A DNA stretch of 62,816 bases, the filler included, from Anaerolineae bacterium (GTDB taxonomy: Bacteria; Chloroflexota; Anaerolineae; Epilineales; Epilineaceae): the NCBI GenBank assembly GCA_029262755.1. It is 4 parts of 4 records of this genome, joined end to end, with 100 filler letters (N's around TTAATTAATTAA, not from the genome) between each part and the next. Parts side by side here need not be neighbours in the genome. Positions count along the whole stretch, not along the records: positions 1 to 30,031 come from JAJCYU010000336.1; 3 more parts are not named here. One strand, 5' to 3'. How positions within the stretch are numbered: the first letter of the stretch is position 1; each line of letters opens with the position of its first letter. The translations under genes were made by a program, and so were the position numbers. The notes beneath the pieces were generated by a model. That model ran no database searches, was not told the origin of the DNA, and saw nothing but the letters and a program-made list of their open reading frames with translations. Shown piece by piece: positions 1 to 9,961 of the stretch.

Positions 1-1
1 C

Positions 2-2521
2 ACTCCCGATCAACTCTTCACTCCCTGCCACGTCGATTCCTTTTCGTTCACGACAACGGTTGAATTGGAGCCGCTTGCCGAGGTGATCGGCCAGGATCGC
101 GCGGTCGAATCCGTCGATTTCGGCATCTCGATCCGGCGACAGGGCTACAACGTCTTCGCCTTCGGCCCGCCTGGGTCCGGGAAGCGCACCACGATCGAGC
201 TGTTCCTGTCGCGCGCTGCGCGCGAGCGACCGGAGCCGGACGATTGGTGCTACGTCTACAACTTCGAGGTACCGCAACAACCACGCGCGCTACGGTTGCC
301 GACGGGTTGGGGCGTCCGCCTGACCGCCGACATGGAAAAGCTGGTCTCGGATCTGCGCGAGTCATTGCCCAAGGCTTTCGATAGCGAGCCGGTGCGCACC
401 CGCTTTTCTCGTCTGGTGGAGGGCTTCGCGGCCGGCAAGAAGGAACCCATCGCCGCGGTGGAGGCCCTGGCGAAGGAGAAGGGACTCGCGCTGGTCCAGG
501 GCGACGACGGGATGATGGTCGCTCCGTTGGACGAGGAAGGCGAGGTAATGACGCCCGAGGTCTTCCACGCGCTCAGCGAGGAGCAGAAGGCGGAGCTGCG
601 GGCGAACATGGCCAGCACGGAACAAGCGCTGGAGAACACACAGCGTTCGTTGCGGGGTATCGATCTCGAGATCGGCGAGGCCGTGGAGGGCTTGCGGCGC
701 ACCGTTGCCGAGGAGGAGCTGGCCGCGCGATTCCAGCCCGTGCGCAATGCCTACCGTTCCTTGCCGGACGTGCTTCGCTATCTTGACGCGGTGCAGGCCG
801 ACGTTTTGGAGCACCTGCGCTTCTTCCTGACGGACCGCGAGCGCACGACGGAATCCGCCGAGGGCAAAAGCAAAGACGAGGACCAGAACAGCACGGCCGG
901 CGGCGGGACCGCCCGTCCCAAGCGCGTGAAACCCAGCAGGCAGCTGCGGCGCTACCGGGTCAACGTTTTGGTCGACGGATCCAAGCAAGCCGGCGCGCCC
1001 GTGATCGTGGAGAGCTTTCCCACCCTGCCCAACATGGTCGGGCGAATCGAGCAAGAGCAGCACCTTGGTTCGCTTCGGACCGACTTCACGTTGATCAAGC
1101 CCGGCGCGCTCCACTCGGCCAACGGTGGATTCCTGGTCGTCGAGATGGAAGAGCTTGCGGAGCATCCGTGGAGCTGGGACGCGTTGAAGCGCGCCTTGAA
1201 GACCGGGGTGATCCACATCGAGCCGCCGGCGGAACCGGGCAACACGATGACGACGATCCGTCTCGATCCCGAGCCCATACCGCTTACCTCCAAGGTCCTC
1301 CTGATTGGAGACTCGGGGTTGTACTTCCACCTCGTGCGCCACGATCCGGACTTTCAAGAGCTGTTCAAGGTCGGGGCGGAGTTCGGCAGTGAGATGGAGC
1401 GCTTTCCCGACGGCTGCGCGCAATATGCGCGTTTCATCCGTACGGTGTCGGAGCGCGAGGACCTGCTGCATTTCGATCGCGCCGCCGTTTCGCGTGTCGT
1501 GGAGGAGGGTAGCCGGCTCGTAGAGGACAGCCGGATGCTTTCGACCGACTTCCTCGCCATCACCAACTTGCTGCGCGAGTCGGATTTTTGGGCACGCAAG
1601 GCGGACCGAGACATCGTAAGCCACGAGGACGTGCAGCAAGCGCTTCGCGCCGCCGAACGGCGCGCCGATTTGGCTCGCGAGCGGATGTACGACGAGTACC
1701 GCCGCGGCACGTTCTTCGTGGATACCCAAGGCGAGGCCGTGGGCCAAGTCAACGCGTTGACGGTGGTCGGGCGCGGCGACTTTTCCTTCGGCATGCCGAT
1801 CCGCGTGACGGCACGCGTACGCCAAGGTTCCGGCGCCCTGATCGACATCGAGCGCGAGGTGGAGCTCGGCGGCCCCCTGCATTCCAAGGGCGTGTTGATC
1901 CTGAGCGGCTTCCTAGGCACCCGGTTCTTGCCGGACGAGCCACCGTCCATGGACGCCAGCCTGACCTTCGAGCAATCCTACGGGCCCGTGGACGGCGACA
2001 GTGCATCCTCCACCGAGCTCTATGCTTTGATCTCCGGTCTGACCGGCCTACCGGTGCGCCAGGATCTGGCCGTCACGGGGGCCTTGAGTCAGTTCGGCGA
2101 AGTGGAGCCCATCGGCGGTGTGAACGAGAAGATCGAGGGCTTCTTCGACATTTGTATGCAGGAGGAGGGGGGGCTGACCGGCAGCCAAGGCGTATTGATC
2201 CCCGCGATCAACGTCGTCAACCTCATGCTCCGTCAGGATGTGATCACGGCCGTCTCCGAGGGCAAGTTTCACATCTACCCCATCACGCACGTCGACGAGG
2301 GCCTTGCGTTGCTGCTCGGCCGCGAGGTGGGCGAACGCGATCGAGACGGCCTGTTCCCGCCGGACTCCATCAACCGACTGGCGGAGGACCGCCTGCGGCG
2401 CTTTGCGGACAATCGCCGCGACGATGACGGCCGTCGTGGTGGCACCCGGCGGGTTCGACCGCGGCGCAAGGTCCCGCCGTCCCCGGATGTGCAAGAAGAT
2501 GGGGACGGGGACGAGGGCTAG
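2..2521 (+). CDS. Lon-family (LonC/LonB-like, AAA_32 + Lon_C) Ser-Lys protease, 5'-truncated at the window edge
   Basis: Frame is open back to nt 2 (TPDQLFTPCHVDSFSFTTTVELEPLAEVIGQ). Walker A GPPGSGKRT, IKPGALHSANGG, catalytic DGDSASSTEL (Ser) and GGVNEKIEG (Lys). The Walker B region (FLVVEMEEL) is degenerate, as in LonC. Confidence 0.92.
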   Translation, partial: TPDQLFTPCHVDSFSFTTTVELEPLAEVIGQDRAVESVDFGISIRRQGYNVFAFGPPGSGKRTTIELFLSRAARERPEPDDWCYVYNFEVPQQPRALRLPTGWGVRLTADMEKLVSDLRESLPKAFDSEPVRTRFSRLVEGFAAGKKEPIAAVEALAKEKGLALVQGDDGMMVAPLDEEGEVMTPEVFHALSEEQKAELRANMASTEQALENTQRSLRGIDLEIGEAVEGLRRTVAEEELAARFQPVRNAYRSLPDVLRYLDAVQADVLEHLRFFLTDRERTTESAEGKSKDEDQNSTAGGGTARPKRVKPSRQLRRYRVNVLVDGSKQAGAPVIVESFPTLPNMVGRIEQEQHLGSLRTDFTLIKPGALHSANGGFLVVEMEELAEHPWSWDALKRALKTGVIHIEPPAEPGNTMTTIRLDPEPIPLTSKVLLIGDSGLYFHLVRHDPDFQELFKVGAEFGSEMERFPDGCAQYARFIRTVSEREDLLHFDRAAVSRVVEEGSRLVEDSRMLSTDFLAITNLLRESDFWARKADRDIVSHEDVQQALRAAERRADLARERMYDEYRRGTFFVDTQGEAVGQVNALTVVGRGDFSFGMPIRVTARVRQGSGALIDIEREVELGGPLHSKGVLILSGFLGTRFLPDEPPSMDASLTFEQSYGPVDGDSASSTELYALISGLTGLPVRQDLAVTGALSQFGEVEPIGGVNEKIEGFFDICMQEEGGLTGSQGVLIPAINVVNLMLRQDVITAVSEGKFHIYPITHVDEGLALLLGREVGERDRDGLFPPDSINRLAEDRLRRFADNRRDDDGRRGGTRRVRPRRKVPPSPDVQEDGDGDEG

Positions 2522-2685
2522 AGAATTGCTCGCGGGAAGAACGGGCTCGTACGTATGTACGTGGTCGCCTTCGTGCCGACCGTCCGTCGCGCACATGCAC
2601 CGGGCGGCGCGGTCCCTCACTAACAACGACGGCAGTGCGTCGTCAATACCTCCGCGAACGTATCCGGCTCGGTCCCGTCTTCGCC

Positions 2686-3471
2686 CTACTCGATCGGCAT
2701 CTCGATCAGGTCGTCGAGGCCCCAAGGCGCGCCCTCGGCCGGCAAGATGCCCTGCGCAAGCGGCGTGTACTGCAGCTGCGACATGCCCGTAACGGACAGG
2801 ATGTAGTAGACCGTCGTCAAGCCGTTCTCGTCGGGTAGGTCCTCGTTCTCCACGTCTTGCAGCTCGAAGGTGTTGTCCACGATCAGCACATCCGGCGTGA
2901 CAGGCAGGGGCGTTCGGAAGCCGACCACCCAAATGGAGCCTTCGGTCGCGCGGTAGGCGCCCGGCGGCGGGGTCGGCTGTCGACGCAGGCGAGACAGTTG
3001 GCGCGTGCTCATGCGACGAACCGTGACGTCCTGCCACTCGGGGTCCGTGACCCCCATCTTGCTTGTAAAGAGGCCGGAGACGACCGATTCGATCTCCGCC
3101 ACGACGGCATCGTTGTACACGATTTCGTCCGCGGCGTCCGCTGCGGCGGTTGCGGGTGCAGCGGCGGTCGCATTGGACTTGGCCTGTGAGAGTGCCGTGG
3201 CGAGCTGCTGAATCGTGGGCGTCAGCGTCGGGCCGCCCACGGTCTCCGGCGCCAACTCCGCCCCAATATCGGGCGATGCCACCGCGTCCGCAACCTCGTT
3301 GGTTGCCTCGTCTTCGCTAGCAGGCGTGCACGCAGAAAGGCCGGCGCAGAGCGCGATGATGATCGCGCCGGATGTCGCGGCGCGTCGCACGGCGGCATTG
3401 GGGGACGAGACCGAGCGTCCATGGTTGCCGCGATCCACGTGCGGCGAGGTTGATCGACGGGGCAAACGCAT
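2686..3471 (-). CDS. Hypothetical lipoprotein
   Basis: ATG at 3471 preceded by AAAGGA. Hydrophobic stretch ending in lipobox LSAC, Ala/Thr-rich linker, then an acidic globular domain. TACAAT lies upstream at 3535-3540 (minus strand). Confidence 0.65.
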   Translation of the reverse strand: MRLPRRSTSPHVDRGNHGRSVSSPNAAVRRAATSGAIIIALCAGLSACTPASEDEATNEVADAVASPDIGAELAPETVGGPTLTPTIQQLATALSQAKSNATAAAPATAAADAADEIVYNDAVVAEIESVVSGLFTSKMGVTDPEWQDVTVRRMSTRQLSRLRRQPTPPPGAYRATEGSIWVVGFRTPLPVTPDVLIVDNTFELQDVENEDLPDENGLTTVYYILSVTGMSQLQYTPLAQGILPAEGAPWGLDDLIEMPIE

Positions 3472-3620
3472 GGTGGGGTCCTTTGGGGTTCGCGCCGCGT
3501 AGGCGGCACGTCGAAACGGCAGCACAAGCGCAAGATTGTACGCCCCTCACCGCGCCAGACCAGCATCCGGTAGGTCTCGAGACGCTGTGCAACCGCGCCC
3601 GCGCTGCTCCCTGCCGCCCG

Positions 3621-4571
3621 CTATCGGCCGCGCAGCCGCGGATCCAGCACGTCCCGTAGGCCGTCGCCGAGCAGGTTGAAGCCGAGCACGGTGAGCATGA
3701 TCGCCACGCCGGGGAACGCGACCAACCACGGCGCCGTGAAGAGCTTCTGGCGTGTATCGGAGAGCATGAGGCCCCACTCGGCCAACGGCGGCTGCGCGCC
3801 GAGGCCCAGGAAGCCCAGCCCGGCGGCATCCAAAATGGCGCTGCCGATGCCGAGACTGCCGGCCACGATGAGCGGCGCCAAGGCGTTTGGCAGCACGTGG
3901 CGCAGCAAGATGCGGCTACCGCTAGCGCCGAGGGCGCGGCTGGCCGTCACGTACTCGCGGTTGATCTCGCCAAGGACGGAGGCGCGGACGATGCGTGCAT
4001 AGGTCGGAATCGAGATGATGCCCACGGCCAGCATTACGTTGATCAGGCCTTCCCCGATCAAGACCACGATGGCCAGGGCCAGCAAGATACTCGGGAAGGC
4101 CAGCATGATGTCCATGAAGCGCATGATGGCCATGTCGGCCGCACCGCCGAGGAACCCGGCCACCGCGCCCAACAACGTGCCGATCGCAATGGCCAGCGAC
4201 ACGCTGACGACCCCGATGAGCAGCGACATACGGGCCGCATAGACCATGCGGCTGAGCATGTCGCGACCCAGCTGGTCGGTGCCCATCCAGTGTTCGGCGG
4301 ACGGCGTCTGTTCCCGGTTGCGCATGTCGGTGGTGCGCCACACGCCGTTATCGTCCGGATGCTGGCTGGCGATCGCCGGCGCCGCAAGAGCAATGGCGCC
4401 GAGCAAGCCGATGATCAAGAGCCCCGCCATCGCGAGCCGGCTGCGACGAATGCGCCGCAGTGCATCCAGCCACGGTGGCCGTCGCGCAGCTTCCGGCGCG
4501 ATCGCGTCCAGATCGGCGATGCCGGGCAGCAACGCATCGCGCTCGGGCGGCGTGGTCTCGACGTCGCTCAT
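3621..4571 (-). CDS. dppC: Dipeptide/oligopeptide ABC transporter permease, DppC/OppC type
   Basis: HWMGTDQLGRDMLSR, EYVTASRALGAS (EAA loop), LGFLGLGAQPPLAEWGLML. Start overlaps the dppB stop (ATGA). Confidence 0.95.
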   Translation of the reverse strand: MSDVETTPPERDALLPGIADLDAIAPEAARRPPWLDALRRIRRSRLAMAGLLIIGLLGAIALAAPAIASQHPDDNGVWRTTDMRNREQTPSAEHWMGTDQLGRDMLSRMVYAARMSLLIGVVSVSLAIAIGTLLGAVAGFLGGAADMAIMRFMDIMLAFPSILLALAIVVLIGEGLINVMLAVGIISIPTYARIVRASVLGEINREYVTASRALGASGSRILLRHVLPNALAPLIVAGSLGIGSAILDAAGLGFLGLGAQPPLAEWGLMLSDTRQKLFTAPWLVAFPGVAIMLTVLGFNLLGDGLRDVLDPRLRGR

Positions 4572-5569
4572 TCGAAGGAGATCCGGGGGTCGAGCCACGC
4601 GTAGCTCAGGTCAACGAGCAGGTTGATCATCACGAAGAGCGTGGCAAAGACCAACACGCCGGCTTGCACCACGGGGATGTCATTGGAGGTGATCGCCGTG
4701 ACGACCCAGCGCCCCATGCCGGGCCAGGCAAAGATGGTTTCGGTGAGCACGGCTCCGCTGAGCAGGAAGCCGGTCTGCAGGCCGATCACGGTCACGACCG
4801 GTAGCAAGGCGTTCTTGAGCGCGTGCCTGCGCACGACGACCGACTCGGTGAGCCCCTTGGCGCGCGCGGTGCGGATGTAATCCTGCCCGAGCACCTCGAG
4901 CATCGCCGAACGCGTGATGCGCGCAACGAAGGCCGCGGGAATCGTGGATAGCGCAACCGCAGGAAGGATCAAGTGATGCACGGCGTCGCGCAGGGCTTCC
5001 CAGCGGCCCGATAGCAAGGCATCCAAGGTGTAGAGACCGGTGATGGTTGGTAGCTCCATCCCGGAGCTGAGCCGTCCCGTTGTAGGGAACAACCCCGCCT
5101 TGAAGGCCAGGAAGTAGATCAGCATCAATGCCAGCCAGAATACGGGCATCGACACGCCGATCAACGCGGTGATCATCGCCGCAAGGTCAATGGCCGTGTT
5201 GTGCCGAGCGGCCGCCACGATTCCGAGCGGAATGCCGACCAGGACTGCAAGCACGACCGCCGCCAGCGCCAGCTCCATCGTGGCGGGAAACTTCTCGCGC
5301 AATTCCTCGGCCACGGGACGCTTCGACACCACGGAATCGCCCAGATCGCCGCTCAGCACGGCGCCCAGATAGCGGCCGTACTTGATCGGCAGCGGATCGT
5401 CGAGCCGGTAGCGCGCGCGCACGGCATCACAGCGTTCGGTCGTATAGCGCTCCCCGAGCAGGGCCGCGCAGGGATCGCCCGTCGCGCCTAGCAGCGCGTA
5501 GGTCAAGAACGTGACGCCCAGTAAGGCCGGCAGGGCCAGCAAGAGGCGCCGCAATACGTAGCCGAACAT
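4568..5569 (-). CDS. dppB: Dipeptide/oligopeptide ABC transporter permease, DppB/OppB type
   Basis: GDLGDS, FPATMELA, DYIRTARAKGL, ETIFAWPGMGR, C-terminal LDPRI. Confidence 0.95.
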   Translation of the reverse strand: MFGYVLRRLLLALPALLGVTFLTYALLGATGDPCAALLGERYTTERCDAVRARYRLDDPLPIKYGRYLGAVLSGDLGDSVVSKRPVAEELREKFPATMELALAAVVLAVLVGIPLGIVAAARHNTAIDLAAMITALIGVSMPVFWLALMLIYFLAFKAGLFPTTGRLSSGMELPTITGLYTLDALLSGRWEALRDAVHHLILPAVALSTIPAAFVARITRSAMLEVLGQDYIRTARAKGLTESVVVRRHALKNALLPVVTVIGLQTGFLLSGAVLTETIFAWPGMGRWVVTAITSNDIPVVQAGVLVFATLFVMINLLVDLSYAWLDPRISFE

Positions 5570-5610
5570 GAGGGGGCTGCGAGAAGACCAGGTCGGCCGT
5601 GGAAAGCGCT

Positions 5611-5648
5611 ACCGGCCCCGCACCAAGCGTTGTGGTGACGGGGCCGGT
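5611..5648 (-). terminator. Intergenic GC-rich stem-loop between dppA and dppB (mRNA stabiliser or partial terminator)
   Basis: ACCGGCCCCG-CACC ... GGTG-A-CGGGGCCGGT inverted repeat with one bulge and no U-tract. Confidence 0.6.
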
Positions 5649-5692
5649 ATGTGTGCGTTCCGACGGCGCGATGCGCGGTCACGCGGCCGCTG

Positions 5693-7399
5693 CTACTCCT
5701 TGGTGACGGAGGTGAGCACGGTCTGGATCGGGCTCGCGACGTAGCCGTTCACGTTGCTGCGGAACAAGAGCGGCGGCGAGCGATGGACCAACGGCACGGA
5801 GGGCACCAGCTCGTGGATCATCTGGTTTGCTTCCTCGTACTTGGCCATGCGCTCGTCCTGATCGGACAACGCGGCGGCTTCCTTCAGCAGAGCCTCCAGA
5901 TCCGGATCAGGCGAAAGGCCGTTGCCCTCTCCGTCGCCGTTGAATGATGCGTCTCCGCCGCAGAAGAACTGGCAGAGGAAGTTGTCGGGATCGCCGTTGT
6001 CACCGCCCCAACCAAGCAAGAACACGTCGTGCTTGCCTTCGCGTACGTCCGGCAGCCATACCGTGCCCCACTCGGGCGAACGAATCGCCGTGTTGATCCC
6101 AAGCCCGGCCAGGGAAGCCTGGATGAGCTCGCCGAGCTCTTTCGGCTTTGGGAAGTAGAAGCGCTGCACCGGCGGCACGTAGAACACGACCTCGTCGGGC
6201 ATCGTCGAGGTCTCGAGGCAGGCGTCCAGGTAGGTCTGCGCCTGATCGAGATCGTAGGGATAATCCTCGATGGAGTCGTTGTAGCCCCAAAGGCCAGGCG
6301 GCATCATCTGCGTCGCGGCCTCGGCGTCGCCCGCATAGAGGCCGAGCACGCCTTCCTTGTCGATGGCGTGCGCCACGGCCAGGCGGCAGTCGATGTTGTC
6401 CCACGGCTCGCTGGCCTGGTTGAAGCCGAAGTAGCCGACGTTGTTGGCCGGCTCCATGACGATCTGAACATCATCGTTGCTATCGGCCTGCTCGATGTCC
6501 TCGGGGTTCACCTGGTTCATGCCGTCCAGCTCCCCGTTGGCCAGCGCCAAGTAGCGCGAGGTGCCGTCGGGGATCACGCGGAACTCAATGCGCTCGGTGG
6601 CCGGGGCGTCGCCCCAATAGTCGTCATAGCGCAGCAGGGTGACCTGCTCGTCCTTGCGCCACTCTTCGACCATGTACGGACCCGTGCCCGCGGCGATGAT
6701 GCTGCCGCCCGGCGTGCCGTATGCACTACCCGCCGCCTCGACGGCCGCGGGGCTCGAGAAGCCGAAGTTACCCATTGCAAGATTCTGCAGTAGCGGCGCG
6801 CTGGCCCGGTTGAGCGTCAGCTTGACGGTGCTGGAATCCACGGCCTCTGCGCTCACGAAGAAGGACTTGGGGTTCTCATCATCGTCCACATCGCCGGCGT
6901 AGCCCTGGAACATGTACTCCCAGTAGGAAAAGTCCCAATCGCCGAAATGCTGCGGGTGCTCCGCATCGAACCAGCGATTGAAGTTCCACACGACGGCGTC
7001 GGCGTCGAAGGCCGTGCCGTCGTGGAAGGTCACGCCGTCACGCAGCGTGAAGGTCCATTCCAGGCCGTCCTCGGAAGCGTCCCAGGACGTTGCCAATGCC
7101 TCTTCCACTTCCGTGCTGCCGCGCACATAGCGCGTGAGGCCTTCGTAGATGTGCCAGGTGACCAGCAGCGACTCGCCGTCCGTCACGTCTGCCGGATCCA
7201 GCTTGGCGGCATCGGCGGGATGGCCAAAGACCAGGCGGTCCTTGTCGCCAGTGTCTTCCGGCTCCTCTTCGATCGAACCGGTCTCCATCTGGGCGGGCGG
7301 CACGGGCGCGTCGGTCGGTTCCGGCGAGCAAGCCGCGAAGAGCCCAAGGGCGGCTACGGAAAGCGCTAGCCGCGATGCGGCGCGGGAGATGCGGGTCAT
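5693..7399 (-). CDS. dppA: Dipeptide-type ABC transporter substrate-binding lipoprotein (family 5)
   Basis: RBS CAGGAGG, lipobox FAAC, LRDGVTFHDGTAFDADAVVWNFNRW, GTGPY, GWGGDNGDPDNFL. Confidence 0.93.
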   Translation of the reverse strand: MTRISRAASRLALSVAALGLFAACSPEPTDAPVPPAQMETGSIEEEPEDTGDKDRLVFGHPADAAKLDPADVTDGESLLVTWHIYEGLTRYVRGSTEVEEALATSWDASEDGLEWTFTLRDGVTFHDGTAFDADAVVWNFNRWFDAEHPQHFGDWDFSYWEYMFQGYAGDVDDDENPKSFFVSAEAVDSSTVKLTLNRASAPLLQNLAMGNFGFSSPAAVEAAGSAYGTPGGSIIAAGTGPYMVEEWRKDEQVTLLRYDDYWGDAPATERIEFRVIPDGTSRYLALANGELDGMNQVNPEDIEQADSNDDVQIVMEPANNVGYFGFNQASEPWDNIDCRLAVAHAIDKEGVLGLYAGDAEAATQMMPPGLWGYNDSIEDYPYDLDQAQTYLDACLETSTMPDEVVFYVPPVQRFYFPKPKELGELIQASLAGLGINTAIRSPEWGTVWLPDVREGKHDVFLLGWGGDNGDPDNFLCQFFCGGDASFNGDGEGNGLSPDPDLEALLKEAAALSDQDERMAKYEEANQMIHELVPSVPLVHRSPPLLFRSNVNGYVASPIQTVLTSVTKE

Positions 7400-7537
7400 C
7401 GGTACCTCCTGATCGGTCGGCGGCAAGGGCTTGGCGGTCACGCACGGACCGTCGCACCGCGCGACGTGGGGTGCCGGCTATCCGCGTCGCGGCGCGGTCC
7501 GGCCATGATTCCGGCGAGGATACCGAGGCCGCGGCCT

Positions 7538-7581
7538 GTACGCAAACAAGCCGGCCACACGTGGCCGGCTTGTTTGCGTAC
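7538..7581. terminator. Perfect 21-bp inverted repeat downstream of the oxidase operon
   Basis: GTACGCAAACAAGCCGGCCAC-AC-GTGGCCGGCTTGTTTGCGTAC, about 60 nt after the subunit IV stop. Confidence 0.75.
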
Positions 7582-7642
7582 GTTTGGTGCGATTTGCAGC
7601 GTGCGCGGTCCCTCCACCGGCACCGAAGCACGCGAACTCGTT

Positions 7643-8023
7643 CTAGAACCCCGCGTTGAAGTTCAGCCCGGAACCCACGAAGGTCAGCATCCATAGGAAG
7701 TAGCTGACCACGATGGCGGCCATGATCATCAGGGCGGTATAGGATCGGCTGTCATAGCGCAGATGCATGTAGAACGCGGCGACAAGCCCGGCCTTGACCA
7801 CGGCGAAGCCCATGAGCGCAAGGATCAGCCGCAGGGGCGGGCGCAAGTCCAAGCCGTCGGACATCATGCCTGGCACCAGGATCTCGAAGCCCGTCACCGC
7901 GGCCAGCACGACCCCGATGCCGATGTACATCGCGCGGCTTGCGCCGGCATGTTCGTGCTCGGCCGCCGCGGCGCCGTCGTGCACGACGGCGGTCTGCGTG
8001 GACTCGTTCGCGTTGTCGCTCAT
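7643..8023 (-). CDS. Cytochrome c oxidase subunit IV (prokaryotic COX4/CtaF family)
   Basis: Three TM helices, KAGLVAAFYMHLRYD motif, last gene of the oxidase cluster. Confidence 0.88.
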   Translation of the reverse strand: MSDNANESTQTAVVHDGAAAAEHEHAGASRAMYIGIGVVLAAVTGFEILVPGMMSDGLDLRPPLRLILALMGFAVVKAGLVAAFYMHLRYDSRSYTALMIMAAIVVSYFLWMLTFVGSGLNFNAGF

Positions 8024-8141
8024 GGCGAAATCTCCGGATGCAGGTGGTACTTCGAGTACGGATCGTGGACGCTGGATCGAGACGAAGGTTCAAACACGCT
8101 GTATCGATCCGGCGGCTTTATCAGGCGGCTGCTACCGCCGG

Positions 8142-8987
8142 CTAGATCAAGTAAACCACCGTAAAGAGGATGATCCACACGAGGTCGACGAAGTGCCAGT
8201 AGAGGCCGAACAACTCGACGCCCATGTGCTGCTCCGCCGTGTACGCGCCGCGCGATGCCTTGACCAGCACGATCAAGAGCATGATGACCCCTACAAGGAC
8301 GTGCGCGCCGTGGAAGCCGGTCATCGCGTAGAAGGTCGTGCCGAACAGATCCGTACGACCGGCAGCCTCCAGCCACTCCGGTATGCTGCCGAACCATAAT
8401 CCTTCGCGGATGAGGATCGTGTACTCGTAGGCCTGGATGCCCAAGAAGGTCGCGCCGATCACGCCCGTGACGGCCAGCCAGCGCACGAGCCCTTTCTGGT
8501 TGTGCTTCTGTACGGCGTCCAATGCCAGCACGACGGCGACGCTTGAGAGGATGAGCAGGAAGGTGTTGAGCGCCGTGAGCGGAATGTTCAGCACGCGCGG
8601 CACGATCAGCTCGGTGCCGCTGCGCGCTTCGGCCGCGTAGGCCTCCGGCTCGACGATGTACGCATGGTGATCGCCGGGATCCGCTGAGGCGTCCGCCGTG
8701 TGCAGGTGAATGGTTTCCACAAACTCCGGATCCAGCGCGGTGGCATCGACGTTCAGCGCCGCGCTTCCCTGGATCTCGAGCGGGATCGGCCACGCCCCTT
8801 CCGCGGGCGGCAGGGGGGCCGACAAGCGGATCACGATGAACGTGAAGATCAGGGCGGAGAAGAACACGATCTCCGAGCCCAGGAACAGCCATACCGCCAG
8901 CTTGCGCGATGGCAACGTGGGAACGCGCGCCGGGGCGCGTCCATCCTGCGCCATCGCGTCGTGCGTCGAGGCATCCATGGCAGCCAT
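8142..8987 (-). CDS. ctaE: Cytochrome c oxidase subunit III (5-TM form) with an inserted loop
   Basis: RBS AGGAGGAG. KLAVWLFLGSEIVFFS, TFYAMTGFHGAHV, GLYWHFVDLVW. Confidence 0.92.
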   Translation of the reverse strand: MAAMDASTHDAMAQDGRAPARVPTLPSRKLAVWLFLGSEIVFFSALIFTFIVIRLSAPLPPAEGAWPIPLEIQGSAALNVDATALDPEFVETIHLHTADASADPGDHHAYIVEPEAYAAEARSGTELIVPRVLNIPLTALNTFLLILSSVAVVLALDAVQKHNQKGLVRWLAVTGVIGATFLGIQAYEYTILIREGLWFGSIPEWLEAAGRTDLFGTTFYAMTGFHGAHVLVGVIMLLIVLVKASRGAYTAEQHMGVELFGLYWHFVDLVWIILFTVVYLI

Positions 8988-9022
8988 CGGTACTCCTCCT
9001 GCAGCAGGCCGAGCAGTGCGGC

Positions 9023-9634
9023 TCAGACGAGCGCGACGACGGCCAACAAGGGCAGCCAGATCGCGCAGACAAAGGTCCACCATGTAGCGGTGACCGAAAC
9101 GAAGACGTGACGCTCTGCATCAAACTGGCCGAGCGTCGCGCGGAACATCAGCACCAGCATCAAGCCGAGGCCGATGCTGACGTGTAGGGCGTGGAAGCCG
9201 GAGATGATGTTGAACAGGACCGAGAACGATCCTTCTCCGGTCTGCCAGCCCCCGATATGTTGGAATTGCGCCCACTGACCCCAGACGAACAGGGCGCCCA
9301 GCACGCTCGACAGCAGCACGTAGCCGGTCATGGCGATCCGCCTATCGCGTCGGATCATCCGAATCGCGAGACCCATCGTGCCCATCGATAGCAGCAGCGC
9401 CGCGCTCGTGCGCCACAACAGCGCCACGTCGAGCGTCGGCGAGCCGGCGGGTGGCCACATGGTGGCCGTACGCCGAACCGAGAGCGTCAAAAAGATCAGG
9501 CTGACGAAGAACACGGTCTCGGCCACGACGGCCAGCACCATCCCGGTGCGTCCGTTGCGGCCCGCCATGGCCAGCCGGCGCGCGAGCAGGCTGTCGTAAT
9601 CCGATCCGCGTGCTCCTACGTCCAAGACGCCCAT
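9023..9634 (-). CDS. Second, divergent cytochrome c oxidase subunit III-like protein
   Basis: AETVFFVSL, WPP, SGFHALHV, WWTFVCAIW (degenerate YWHFVD motif). Confidence 0.82.
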   Translation of the reverse strand: MGVLDVGARGSDYDSLLARRLAMAGRNGRTGMVLAVVAETVFFVSLIFLTLSVRRTATMWPPAGSPTLDVALLWRTSAALLLSMGTMGLAIRMIRRDRRIAMTGYVLLSSVLGALFVWGQWAQFQHIGGWQTGEGSFSVLFNIISGFHALHVSIGLGLMLVLMFRATLGQFDAERHVFVSVTATWWTFVCAIWLPLLAVVALV

Positions 9635-9637
9635 CCT

Positions 9638-9910
9638 TTAGTGACCCCCACCCTCGTCGAAGGCCTGCACGTCTTCGCGCAGCATCATGATCAGGGACAC
9701 GAAGAAGGCGAGGAGACCGAGTAGCGGGATAAACAGCAGGCCAAGATTCGCCTTGTCGGGCGTATCGGCGATTCCCTCGATCGGAAGGGAGCGCATGAAG
9801 ACGACCATGCCCGCCATCATCAACGTGATGCTCACGCCCATGACCGCCGGCCACGGGGTAGGTGGCGGAAGGTGTGGTGGGTCGTCCAGGAGTTCGTCGT
9901 GGTTGCTCAT
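9638..9910 (-). CDS. Small 2-TM oxidase accessory subunit resembling the N-terminal helices of canonical subunit III
   Basis: PHLPPPTPWP followed by two TM segments and LRED. RBS ACGGAG. Lies between ctaD and the subunit III genes. Confidence 0.7.
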   Translation of the reverse strand: MSNHDELLDDPPHLPPPTPWPAVMGVSITLMMAGMVVFMRSLPIEGIADTPDKANLGLLFIPLLGLLAFFVSLIMMLREDVQAFDEGGGH

Positions 9911-9961
9911 CGTATGCTCCGTTGGCACGGGTTCAGGGCACGCGCGCGTTCGATTCCGAGA

